The position numbers and the translations under genes were made by a program. A DNA stretch of 64,000 nucleotides from positions 5,425-69,424 of the forward strand of contig JAQTMG010000004.1 in assembly GCA_028714455.1 (NCBI GenBank), given 5' to 3'. Under the pieces are notes generated by a model that saw only the letters and a program-made list of their open reading frames with translations, was not told the DNA's origin and did not search any database. Below, one piece after another: positions 17,070-26,830 of the stretch. This stretch comes from Patescibacteria group bacterium. GTDB lineage: Bacteria; Patescibacteriota; Patescibacteriia; CAIXNZ01. Numbering within the stretch: position 1 is the first letter of the stretch; every line of letters begins with the position of its first letter.

Positions 17070-17510
17070 ATGCCAATTTTGGATAAAATTAATTCTGACT
17101 TCACGCGGGTATACAAAGAGCAAAAGCAAGATGCGGTTTCAACTTTGCGTCTACTTTTAGCTGCTTTTAAAAACGAACGCATCAAAAAAATGACCGATCT
17201 CAATGATGACGATGTCATAAAGATTATTAAGTCAGAGATAAAGAAAAGAAAAGAAGCGATAGAGGAATACGAAAAAGCAGGTAGAAAAGATTTGGCCGAA
17301 AAAGAAAAAAGAGAATTGGCTATCCTTAATCCCTATCTCCCGGAACAAATGGGTGAAGCGGAAATAAAAGTAGTAGTCGAGAAAATTATTAAAGAAGTCG
17401 GCGAGGGAGAAAATGAAGGAAAGATTATGGGGAGAGTGATGGCCGAATTAAAGGGGAAAGCTGATGGCACATTAGTTAAAAAAGTAGTTCAAGAGATATT
17501 AAAAAAATAA
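17070..17510 (+). CDS. GatB/YqeY domain protein
   Basis: STLRLLLAA, KKRKEAIEEY..GRKDLA, YLPEQ, MGRVMAELKGKADG. Confidence 0.92.
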   Translation: MPILDKINSDFTRVYKEQKQDAVSTLRLLLAAFKNERIKKMTDLNDDDVIKIIKSEIKKRKEAIEEYEKAGRKDLAEKEKRELAILNPYLPEQMGEAEIKVVVEKIIKEVGEGENEGKIMGRVMAELKGKADGTLVKKVVQEILKK

Positions 17511-17528
17511 TCCTTTGCCTAAATACCC

Positions 17529-19298
17529 ATGCTCAAGTCATTTACAAAGGAAATGAAATATAAAAAAACTGCCAAGGCACTGAAAATAGTTGTTTTGATT
17601 TTGGCGGTTTTTTTGTTTGCCCAAATCGCCCAGGCAGCCAATCTTGAGGTGGGTTTAAATTACGCTACGGCCACGGGGCTGGGAACACAAGACATCAGAG
17701 TCACCATTGCCAATGTTATCAGGGCATTTTTGGGTCTGCTTGGCCTATTGGCTATTGCCGTCCTGCTTTATGGCGGTTATGTCTGGATGACGGCTGCCGG
17801 TAATGAGGAAAAAGTGAAAAAGGCGAAACAGATTTTGATAAACGGAGTAATTGGATTATTGATAATTCTTTCGGCTTACGGAATCGCTTCGTTCATAATC
17901 GGTTCAATCCTGGGAGGCGGCGGAGCCGGCGGCGGCGGTGGCGAAGGAGCAGTTCCACCTGGCGGAGGCGGTGGTGCTCTCGGAGCTGGAATTATCGAGA
18001 GTCATTATCCTGGCAGAAATGCCACGGGCATACCTCGCAATACTAGCATAGTCATTACTTTTAAGGAGCCGATGGATGTAAACAGCCTGGAAACGGCCGG
18101 CGAAATAAATTCAGCAAATGTAAAAGTTCATCCGAGTGCAAGCTCGACTAATGTCGTTGACATTAGCGCCCATCATACGCAGGATTTGAAAACCTTTGTT
18201 TATAAGCCGACGAATTTGCTTGGCGAGGCTGGCTCCAACACAACTTATGTCATTGAGCTCTCCAATGCGATAAAAAAATCTGACGGCAGCAATGCGTTTG
18301 GGCTGGAAGGCTACAATTGGCAGTTTGAAATTTCAACTTTAGTGGATAACACTCCGCCCCAAATTATCGGGATTATTCCAGTTCCTGGTACGGCCACCTA
18401 TCCCAGAAATACAGTGGTGCAAATAAATTTTAGCGAGCCGATTAATCCGATGACGATTCGCGGGAAAAGCGATTCTTATAACATCATCAGCGTGAAAAAC
18501 GGACAAGCTGTAGTGGCTGGCGAATTTTTTTACGGCAACCAATATCAGACCGTTGAATTTGTAACCAATGACTTGTGCGGAAAAAATAGCTGTGGCGGCA
18601 ATGTTTACTGCCTGCCCGGGCCTGCTTCACTATCAGTTTTGGTAAAAGCGGCCACCATTGATAACTCGGGGAAGGCGAATTTTGGAGCCAACGGATATGA
18701 TGGAATTGTGGACATGGCTGACAATTCTTTGGATGGCAACGGAAACAACAAATCAGAAGGTCCGCAATCTCAAACTGCCAAACTACCATTTGACGCAAAT
18801 AATCCTGGTCCGCTGACGCAAGGCGACGATTACACCTGGAGTTTCAGTACAAGCAGCGTTATTGATTTGATTCCGCCAGAAATAATAAATTATTCCCCAG
18901 ACGCTAATAGCAGCGGAGTCAGTCCTTTGGGTGATTTTTTGGTGACGTTTTCTAAAATAATGATGGCCACGACCCTAAAACCGGGCAGCGGTTATGGCGA
19001 CGGGCTAAATTATATTACCCTGACGCAGCCCCAGAATCTGCCAGTCACCGGCTATTGGATTTCAAGCACAAACAATTTTGGAAATAACCAGACGACGGCT
19101 TCAATCGGCCACTCGACTCTTTTTGAGAATTCTAATTATGGATTAAGTTTAGGTTCTGGCTTGAAAGATATTACACAAAATTGTTATTCTCCCTGCTCGG
19201 GACCTAATTGTGTTAGAGTACCGACTTCAACCCCGGGCCAATATCAGCAAGGTTCGCCGTGGCAGGGAACTTATCCCTCGTGTAATCTAGGACAATAA
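17529..19298 (+). CDS. VirB2/TrbC-like pilin domain fused to Ig-like (Big_5-type) ectodomain
   Basis: Signal peptide (AQA), two-TM pilin-like unit (YGGYVWMTAAGNEEKVKKAK), poly-Gly linker, repeats of YP..N..IVITFKEPM / VVQINFSEPI. Confidence 0.75.
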   Translation: MLKSFTKEMKYKKTAKALKIVVLILAVFLFAQIAQAANLEVGLNYATATGLGTQDIRVTIANVIRAFLGLLGLLAIAVLLYGGYVWMTAAGNEEKVKKAKQILINGVIGLLIILSAYGIASFIIGSILGGGGAGGGGGEGAVPPGGGGGALGAGIIESHYPGRNATGIPRNTSIVITFKEPMDVNSLETAGEINSANVKVHPSASSTNVVDISAHHTQDLKTFVYKPTNLLGEAGSNTTYVIELSNAIKKSDGSNAFGLEGYNWQFEISTLVDNTPPQIIGIIPVPGTATYPRNTVVQINFSEPINPMTIRGKSDSYNIISVKNGQAVVAGEFFYGNQYQTVEFVTNDLCGKNSCGGNVYCLPGPASLSVLVKAATIDNSGKANFGANGYDGIVDMADNSLDGNGNNKSEGPQSQTAKLPFDANNPGPLTQGDDYTWSFSTSSVIDLIPPEIINYSPDANSSGVSPLGDFLVTFSKIMMATTLKPGSGYGDGLNYITLTQPQNLPVTGYWISSTNNFGNNQTTASIGHSTLFENSNYGLSLGSGLKDITQNCYSPCSGPNCVRVPTSTPGQYQQGSPWQGTYPSCNLGQ

Positions 19299-19321
19299 GT
19301 TGAAAGTTTATAAAGTTTGAT

Positions 19322-22300
19322 ATGAATAAGAATTGGCGAAAAATTTTACTTTTAATCCCCATAATTTTGTTGGGAATGTTTGTGTTTGCCAATTTTGTTA
19401 GCGCGGCAACATTAGAAATCGGATTGAATTATGCCGGTGGCACCGGACTCGGTTCAACTGACATTCGCATAACAATTGCCAATGTCATTCGGGCATTTTT
19501 GGGACTCTTGGGTATTGTGGCCATAGCCATGATTTTGTATGGTGCTGTGATTTTTATGACTGCCCAGGGCGTACCGGAAAAAATTGACAAGGCCAAGAAA
19601 ATTTTAATCGCCGCCGTGATTGGTTTAGTTATTATTTTGTCGGCTTTTGCCATAGCCAGTTTTATTATAGGTAGAATTCTTGAGGCAACGGGACCAGGCG
19701 GCGGAGGTGACGGAGGCGGCGGCGGTGGAGGTGGCGGAGGAACGCCACCACCAACTTTTGGTTATTGTCAGGATCCAGATGTGGCGAGCGCAGGTCCCTA
19801 TATTTGTCGTTTAGCTCCCGCAGCCGGAGAAAGCGGTTCTTTCGTTACAATCTACGGAGGAAAATTTGATTCTTACGATTCAAATAATAGTAAGGTCGTG
19901 TTTAGTAAGGATGGCGCTGACACCGACGCTGTCATCGCCCTGTGTAACGGTAATCCCTCGTGGTCAGACAGTACCATTGTAATTGAAGTTCCTAATTTAA
20001 CAGATCTTGGTGATTACGACCTCGCTGTTATCACCTCAAATGGCAGTAGTAATGATAAACCAACTGGCACATCAATAGCACCGAACAATAGATTCACTTT
20101 GCAATCAGGCAACCCCGGGCCCGGAATCGCTTGTATGATGCCAAACGAAGGCAATGAAACAACCAGCGTTGAAGTTTATGGCAAGCGTTTTGGGGCTGCG
20201 GCTGGAGTCTTAAAATTTCAAAACAACGTATCAGCAGAAACTTCTACTTGGAGCGATATTCACATAACAAGCGCTGTACCGGCCGGAGCTCAAAGCGGCG
20301 AAGTTTTTGTTTATAATTCCAATAATGTTAAAAGCGATAACGGTTATAATTTTACCGTGACCTGCGGTGGTAATAACGATTGCTCAATTTCTAAATGCTG
20401 TCTTGGCCAATCCTGTGTTGCGGCAGGTTATTGCGCTCCAAATGTGGGAGAAAATTGCGATACTGATGCGGCGCTTGCCGGTTGTCAGGCGGGTGGTTGT
20501 ACAACGGGTTTATTTTGTGACCCCAATAATAATTGTACTTGCCAACCGCGCGGGGTTGGCTCGCCCTGCAGTTTAAGCGCAACTAGCTGTCAGGCAGATA
20601 ACACATTGTGCGGTTCCGGTCTTTATTGTTCAGCCTCAAGTTGTACTTGCCAGAATCTCCCCTCAATAACAAAAGTTGATCCCGATAATGGCGCACCAGG
20701 AAACTATGTAACAATTTTTGGCAGCGGTTTTGGAAATTCAGAAGGGCAGGTCTTTTTTGCCTCGACAAGAGCATCTTTGCCGACTGGCTGTGGCGCGGCC
20801 CAATTATGGACTGACAATCAGGTAGTCGTAGAAGTACCTAATGAGGCTACAAGCGGAAAGATAAGATTGGTTACAGCTGACAGCCACGAAGCGCTTTCGC
20901 CATCAGATTTTACTGTTAATGATACTGTCAGGCCATCGCTTTGCGGAGTAAATCCTAATTCCGGAAAATTTGGCGAGGCCATAACTTTAAACGGCAAGAA
21001 TTTTGGCAGTTCTATTTCTGACGCTTTAATCGGGGGGATTGATTTTAACAACAAGAGCGGCTGGACGTGGGCTGATGATTTAATTGGCAATCTGACTGTG
21101 CCCAATATTCAGCCAGCAACTTTGTCCGCACAAGTTAAGGTTGGAAATAATTTTAGCAACTCTTTAAATTTTTCTGTTTTGAGCACAGTAGGCGCACCCA
21201 AAATTGATTACATAGATCCAACGACTGGACGAGTTGGTCAATACATCACAATTTTTGGCAGCGGCTTTGGCGTTGAAGCGGGTACTGTCTATTTTCAAAA
21301 TAATTCGGCCGAGCCGAATTATAAAAATTGGGCCAAGGCCGACACTAATTTTCCCCAAGAATGTCTGGCCGCCGGATTTTGGCGTGACAGCAGCATCACC
21401 GTGAAAGTGCCGAGCGGGACAATCGAGAGCGGCAAGATAGTGGTTGAGGCAAAAAGCGGCGTCAGCAGCAACACTGCGGATTTTAGTTCTTGTACAAATT
21501 GCGCGTTGAGACCGGGCATATGCGCGGTTATTCCCAATCAAGCACCGGCTAATACTCAAAATATTTCAATCTTGGGCGATAACTTTGGCGACTATAACGC
21601 GCCAAACAGCAAGATATTATTTTGGAATAATCAGGCAAGTTCCGATAACCTTCAATCATTTTGGACTAATAATAAAGTAAGTTCTGTCACAGTTCCGGCC
21701 AATGCCACAACCGGCCCTTTGCAATTGGTTAATAGCGCGGGTATAAAAAGCAACCAGGTAAATTTCACTGTCTCGGATTGTCGCGTAAATTCTGGCATTT
21801 GCACCCAGGGACAAATTTGCTGTCAGACAGACGGTATTTGCAAAACAGCCTCCGAATGCTCGGGAGCAGCCGCCCAGACCTGCAGTTATGACTTTTCTTT
21901 TACGACTGGCAGATTGCCGGCCGGGCCGCCGCAGGTAATTGAAGATTTTGCTTGCGAGACCGATACCCAGAGTCCTTCGCCTTGGAGAAATTCAACCGGA
22001 AATTGCAAAAACGCGGGTATCGGAGCCAGATTCAATCAGCCGATGATTTTCAGCTCGCTGACAAGCGCTTTTGTGATTCAAGACTGCACAAACGCAGGCG
22101 GCAATTATGATACGACAAAATGCGGAAATCAAATAAGCGCCGGCTCCTTTACGACCACAAGCGGTGAAACAGAAAGTGGTTTCACGTTTTTCCCCTCCAG
22201 CGGCTGGGCAGTGGGGCATTGGTATAGGGTTAATTTGTTGAGCCAATATCTTAAATCAGAAGAGGGAGTAAACCTTGATGGTGACCGCGACGGCTTGGCA

Positions 22301-22726
22301 GGCGGCGACTATGGCTGGTTTTTCCAGATAGATCCAAACGGTGTGGATTGTCAGCCAAGCAGCGTCCTAGTCACGCCAGCCGAACCAAATCCCATAATTT
22401 TAACCTCGCTAAATAAGGCACAGGAATATCAAGGCAGCGCCATGGCCGCGGGTTGTAATCTACTTAACTCAAATAATTTCCCCTGGCAGTGGAGCGTTGT
22501 AAGCATAGCCGATCCTTTTAATTCTGGCGTGGTTAGTCTCTCATCAACAAACACGGCGCGGACTACGGCTTCGCCCCTGGACCAGGGCCAGGTTTACGTA
22601 AAGCCGAAATTTATCCAAACGACTCTAGGAATCTTTACGATAGCGATAACGAACTTGATGTTGATTTGGGCAAGCCGCAGATTGACAGAATCTACCCGAC
22701 TGCCGGAATCGTCAGATCCGACGTAA
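19322..22726 (+). CDS. Giant pilin-fusion adhesin, part 1 (pilin + IPT/TIG + Cys-rich + Ig-like); probably frameshifted into the next ORF
   Basis: Pilin unit paralogous to 17529; repeated P..G..G.YVTIFGSGFG IPT/TIG motifs; C-terminal ~40 aa look out of frame. Confidence 0.75.
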   Translation: MNKNWRKILLLIPIILLGMFVFANFVSAATLEIGLNYAGGTGLGSTDIRITIANVIRAFLGLLGIVAIAMILYGAVIFMTAQGVPEKIDKAKKILIAAVIGLVIILSAFAIASFIIGRILEATGPGGGGDGGGGGGGGGGTPPPTFGYCQDPDVASAGPYICRLAPAAGESGSFVTIYGGKFDSYDSNNSKVVFSKDGADTDAVIALCNGNPSWSDSTIVIEVPNLTDLGDYDLAVITSNGSSNDKPTGTSIAPNNRFTLQSGNPGPGIACMMPNEGNETTSVEVYGKRFGAAAGVLKFQNNVSAETSTWSDIHITSAVPAGAQSGEVFVYNSNNVKSDNGYNFTVTCGGNNDCSISKCCLGQSCVAAGYCAPNVGENCDTDAALAGCQAGGCTTGLFCDPNNNCTCQPRGVGSPCSLSATSCQADNTLCGSGLYCSASSCTCQNLPSITKVDPDNGAPGNYVTIFGSGFGNSEGQVFFASTRASLPTGCGAAQLWTDNQVVVEVPNEATSGKIRLVTADSHEALSPSDFTVNDTVRPSLCGVNPNSGKFGEAITLNGKNFGSSISDALIGGIDFNNKSGWTWADDLIGNLTVPNIQPATLSAQVKVGNNFSNSLNFSVLSTVGAPKIDYIDPTTGRVGQYITIFGSGFGVEAGTVYFQNNSAEPNYKNWAKADTNFPQECLAAGFWRDSSITVKVPSGTIESGKIVVEAKSGVSSNTADFSSCTNCALRPGICAVIPNQAPANTQNISILGDNFGDYNAPNSKILFWNNQASSDNLQSFWTNNKVSSVTVPANATTGPLQLVNSAGIKSNQVNFTVSDCRVNSGICTQGQICCQTDGICKTASECSGAAAQTCSYDFSFTTGRLPAGPPQVIEDFACETDTQSPSPWRNSTGNCKNAGIGARFNQPMIFSSLTSAFVIQDCTNAGGNYDTTKCGNQISAGSFTTTSGETESGFTFFPSSGWAVGHWYRVNLLSQYLKSEEGVNLDGDRDGLAGGDYGWFFQIDPNGVDCQPSSVLVTPAEPNPIILTSLNKAQEYQGSAMAAGCNLLNSNNFPWQWSVVSIADPFNSGVVSLSSTNTARTTASPLDQGQVYVKPKFIQTTLGIFTIAITNLMLIWASRRLTESTRLPESSDPT

Positions 22727-25700
22727 CCACAAACATAACCATTTACGGCAAAAATTTCGGCGCCATTAAGGGCGAGACAAGAGTTCTGTTTGCCGCTCCT
22801 CCCTATAAAGAAGCGGAATTAGTCGATTGTAAAAATAATTGGTCAGACACTATTATAATGATAAAAGCGCCAGTCGCGGTTTTGCCGCTAAACATGAACA
22901 CGGCGTCTTTTAAAATATCAAAACCAGCCAAGGGTGATTCCAATTCGGTTATTTTTAAAAGGGATGATAGCAAAATTTATCCCTTCCTTTGCTCGCTTGA
23001 TCCGAGTCATGGCCTGAAAGGGGATGCTCTAGTTGCCACAGGCACAAATTTTGGCAATTCAAATGTGAGCGTTGTTAATGGTAAGACTTATAATTTACAG
23101 AGTAATGTTGATTTTGTATTTTCACAAAACCTCGGGGACGATGCTATTGTTTCCCCGGATAATATTAAAAGTTGGACCACTACAGCGCTTAACTTTTTAA
23201 CTCCCGATAATAATATAAATTCGGCCAGCGCTAATGTGAGTGTTCAAATTAATCCCTCGGCTTATCCTTATATTGATACAAACAAAAACGGAATCTGGAA
23301 TGCTGGTGAAACATTTTTTAACACTCAAACCGGCAGAGAAAATGACGGAAGTTACAATCCGGGTGCTCAATTTAACAGCAATGATTTGCCTTTTGATTTT
23401 AATCCCGTGATTACTTCGGTAACCCCTGATAATGGACCCAATAAATCATGGATTACGATAACCGGTTACAATTTTGGCAAGACGGCAGGAACCGTTTGTT
23501 TTGATTCAACCTGTGCCGCTTATTTTCCGCCGTTACCTTGCAAAAACAATTGGTCAAATACTCAAATCATTGTGGCGGTTCCTGATAATCTTTCCCTCGG
23601 AGGAATTCAGCTCTCCATTAAAACCACTAAAAATCTGCAGAGTAATTTCGTGAATTTTACCGTGAACGCGAATCCTCTCGCGCCCGGTATCTGCGATATC
23701 ACTCCGGCCGTCAATTATATTGGTTATTATCCATACATTTACGGCACAAGATTTGGAGACACGCAGGGAGCGAGTCAGGTGATTTTTAACAGCAATAAAT
23801 CTTCGGCTATTTATTATAGTCCCCCCGGCTGGACTGACACTTATTTGAGGCCGCGTATTGAAGTAGGCTCGACAAGTGGTTTTGCGTATGTCAGTAAAAA
23901 GGTGCAAGTCGGTCAGGCCTGCGTCGGCTTTAGTATTGGTTCTTTTTGTCCTTCGGGGCAATACAGTCCAATCTACCAAACGTTATTAAGTAATCCTTTC
24001 TTTGTTACTATTTTACAAAATCCGCCGCCTCCAAGTTCGGGAACAGGCGCAAAATGTACTTCAGACGCCGAGTGTCAGCAAAATAATCCCAACTGTTTAA
24101 GTAAATGCGTGGAAGGTATTTGTGAACCTTATATAGCAGATTTTTCTCCAAAGCAGGGACCTTTGGGCACTTGGGTTACGATAAACGGTTGCCACTTTGG
24201 TTGCGCCAAAGGAAACGTATATTTTACGGGTCTTAAACAATCAAATTATACCAATAACGAGACAGCCTTCTTTGATTTTAAAAACAACACCAACGATGTC
24301 TCTGGTCACGACAACAATGTTACTCCCATTAATTCCGTAACTGGTGCTATTGATAATTCTATACTGAAAGATGGTTATGTTGACTTGAACGGAACCAATC
24401 AATGCTTAATTTCAAATTACAACTGCACAGTCGCCAACCCCTGTTTTAATTCTGGGAGCGCTGATGGAGTTGACGGGATAACCGTAGCGGCCTGGATAAA
24501 AATACCGGAACAGCCCACTGGTAATTACGTAATCGCTTCGCAGGGCGGCGGTAATTATGGCGGTTATGATTTCTGGGACTTATTCGTTAGCTCTGATCGT
24601 AGACTTTATATTTATCTTAATAATTATCCCACGGCAAGTCTTCAGGCGGGAACGGCAGCCTTAACTATCCCCCTAAACACTTGGGTGCATGTGGCCGCGG
24701 TAGCCTGGACCGATGTCTCTAAAAATACCACCTACTTAAGAGTTTATATTAATGGGGTAGAGCACACTTTAAATATCAACAGCCTGAATGCCATCGCCTT
24801 GCCACAGACTCGAATTAATCCTCTACTAATCGGAGCGATCTCCTGGTTTACCCCGTCGTTATTTGGACAGACCTATTATAAAAAAGATTTGTTTAAAGGG
24901 CAGATTGATGATGTCAGGTTTTATAACCGCCCCCTATCGCCCGATGATGTTAAGAGAATAAATGACTTTGGTAATGAAAATGTCAACGGCGGTCTTGGTT
25001 ATAATGTCTTGGGCCTGCAGCCCGGTAATGCCAATTGTACTTTCTGGAATTGTTCGGCTAACGGGTTCAATGATCAGATAACTATTGAAGTGCCGAACAA
25101 AAATACCGAAACGACAAATGACGACGCGCATACCGGACCGATTGAGGTGGTAACCGGCGATAAGCTGGTCGAAAATACTTCCCATTTGGCTTCAGGCAAT
25201 TTTACCGTGAACGCCGATTCGTTGCCGCCCAACATCTGCAAAGTGGAACCCGGCCTCGGTTCCGCCGGTCAGATAGTCAAGATTTTCGGAGATAATCTAA
25301 AATTTTCAGATTTTGTCAGTTTAATCCCCAAGACCATTTTGGGCTTTCTTGACGAGCCGTATCTGGACTTGAACAATAATTTTTCATTTGATAACGGCGA
25401 AAATTACATCGACATTAACAACAACGGACAATATGACACCAGCACCTCGGCTTCGGCCCCGATAAAATCGGCCTTTACTTTTTCCATAGATTCTTCGCTT
25501 TACATCACAAGTTCCGAACAAGGCGGCTGTCCGGATAATTACAGCAATCCCACAAACGGCGTTGATTCCGATAAGACTCTTTGTTTTAAGGTGCCTGCTG
25601 GAGCGGCAGGTGAAGGACAGCCAGATCTGACTGCTAAAAATTCAGTCAGCGTCAAGAGAAATAACTCGACGAGCAATGATTTGGATTTCTCGGTTAATTT

Positions 25701-26805
25701 TCCAAGCGGCAGCACAGCTGACGCGCTAAGAGTGGAATCAACCATACCCGCGGCAGATCAAGCCAATTTTTGCAGAAACGGTTTATCTAATATTTATTTC
25801 GATAGCTTGGTCGATCCGAAAACGATCACAAAAACAAATTTTTCTCTGGAGTGCAGCACAACACCGCTGGGTTATGAAAATAAAAGCGGCTGGAAAAAGG
25901 GTTTGGCGTTTTTTAAAAATATTTTCGGCAAATTATTGGGTACAGACAGCTCTGCTTTAGCCGCCAATAAATGTCCAAGCGATTTTAGTCTAAATGATTA
26001 TGCTCTTAACTCTATTGTCTATCAGGGAAAAACAGTTGTCACTGTTTCTCCCAACGAATTATTGGATGCCGGGACCGTTTTTCAGGTAACGATTAATGGC
26101 GGCGATAGCGGCGTGAAAAAGATTAATGGGGCAAAACTTGAAGTAGAGAAATATGTTTTTAAATTTGAGACTGCTGGCGATCCTAATCTCGGCGACGCCG
26201 AGACCAACGGCATCTGTCAGGTTGATAATATTTTCGTCTTTGTCGCGAATACGGCAGACACCAATGCCGAAGATTTGAGAGAAAATTACACGGATTTATT
26301 CACTTGCGCCGGCGACAACTGCCAAACAAGCGTGGACTTTGATCAGAGCAGCCTTGCGGGTAACCAGCACAGATATCACGCGGTCGCCAAATCAATCGGC
26401 GGCGTAACAATTAGGTCCAATTATACCTGGTCCAGATCAGACGATTTGGATCCCAGACGCGCTTTGAGTTTCCACGAAGTTGACAGCAGCGGAGAAAACG
26501 CAGACACAAATTCCGACCAAAATAAATTCACCAACACCAGCGGCCAGGTTTATGTTACCAACGCGCCCATTTCGGAGACGGTTTCAAAATTAATTATTCA
26601 GGCCCAGGCCGAGGGTGTCAGTAGCAATGTCAAACAACGAGACTTTACAGTTTACCTGTTACTCTGCAGAAATCCCTGGCCCTCGCTCGACCAGAGGACT
26701 TTTCCGGAAGCTCAAATCAACGCTTATAATTTCGGGACCTGGTATTGCCGCGACGCGCCGCCTGGCTTTAACGAGGATTTGCCGGCCGCCAAAATTATCC
26801 AATAA
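22666..26805 (+). CDS. Giant adhesin, part 2 (IPT/TIG, LamG/ConA-like, Ig-like)
   Basis: IPT motifs; LamG signature (TVAAWIK..WVHVAAV..VYING..FKGQIDDVRFYNRPLS); no signal peptide; frame open upstream of the TTG. Confidence 0.75.
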   Translation: MGKPQIDRIYPTAGIVRSDVTTNITIYGKNFGAIKGETRVLFAAPPYKEAELVDCKNNWSDTIIMIKAPVAVLPLNMNTASFKISKPAKGDSNSVIFKRDDSKIYPFLCSLDPSHGLKGDALVATGTNFGNSNVSVVNGKTYNLQSNVDFVFSQNLGDDAIVSPDNIKSWTTTALNFLTPDNNINSASANVSVQINPSAYPYIDTNKNGIWNAGETFFNTQTGRENDGSYNPGAQFNSNDLPFDFNPVITSVTPDNGPNKSWITITGYNFGKTAGTVCFDSTCAAYFPPLPCKNNWSNTQIIVAVPDNLSLGGIQLSIKTTKNLQSNFVNFTVNANPLAPGICDITPAVNYIGYYPYIYGTRFGDTQGASQVIFNSNKSSAIYYSPPGWTDTYLRPRIEVGSTSGFAYVSKKVQVGQACVGFSIGSFCPSGQYSPIYQTLLSNPFFVTILQNPPPPSSGTGAKCTSDAECQQNNPNCLSKCVEGICEPYIADFSPKQGPLGTWVTINGCHFGCAKGNVYFTGLKQSNYTNNETAFFDFKNNTNDVSGHDNNVTPINSVTGAIDNSILKDGYVDLNGTNQCLISNYNCTVANPCFNSGSADGVDGITVAAWIKIPEQPTGNYVIASQGGGNYGGYDFWDLFVSSDRRLYIYLNNYPTASLQAGTAALTIPLNTWVHVAAVAWTDVSKNTTYLRVYINGVEHTLNINSLNAIALPQTRINPLLIGAISWFTPSLFGQTYYKKDLFKGQIDDVRFYNRPLSPDDVKRINDFGNENVNGGLGYNVLGLQPGNANCTFWNCSANGFNDQITIEVPNKNTETTNDDAHTGPIEVVTGDKLVENTSHLASGNFTVNADSLPPNICKVEPGLGSAGQIVKIFGDNLKFSDFVSLIPKTILGFLDEPYLDLNNNFSFDNGENYIDINNNGQYDTSTSASAPIKSAFTFSIDSSLYITSSEQGGCPDNYSNPTNGVDSDKTLCFKVPAGAAGEGQPDLTAKNSVSVKRNNSTSNDLDFSVNFPSGSTADALRVESTIPAADQANFCRNGLSNIYFDSLVDPKTITKTNFSLECSTTPLGYENKSGWKKGLAFFKNIFGKLLGTDSSALAANKCPSDFSLNDYALNSIVYQGKTVVTVSPNELLDAGTVFQVTINGGDSGVKKINGAKLEVEKYVFKFETAGDPNLGDAETNGICQVDNIFVFVANTADTNAEDLRENYTDLFTCAGDNCQTSVDFDQSSLAGNQHRYHAVAKSIGGVTIRSNYTWSRSDDLDPRRALSFHEVDSSGENADTNSDQNKFTNTSGQVYVTNAPISETVSKLIIQAQAEGVSSNVKQRDFTVYLLLCRNPWPSLDQRTFPEAQINAYNFGTWYCRDAPPGFNEDLPAAKIIQ

Positions 26806-26830
26806 TGCTAAAAAGAGTTAAAATATATAT

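Noticed and set aside
17912-17975. GGC-rich tandem repeats here and at ~19697-19740
   Set aside because: They encode poly-Gly hinges with mixed codons; not independent repeat elements
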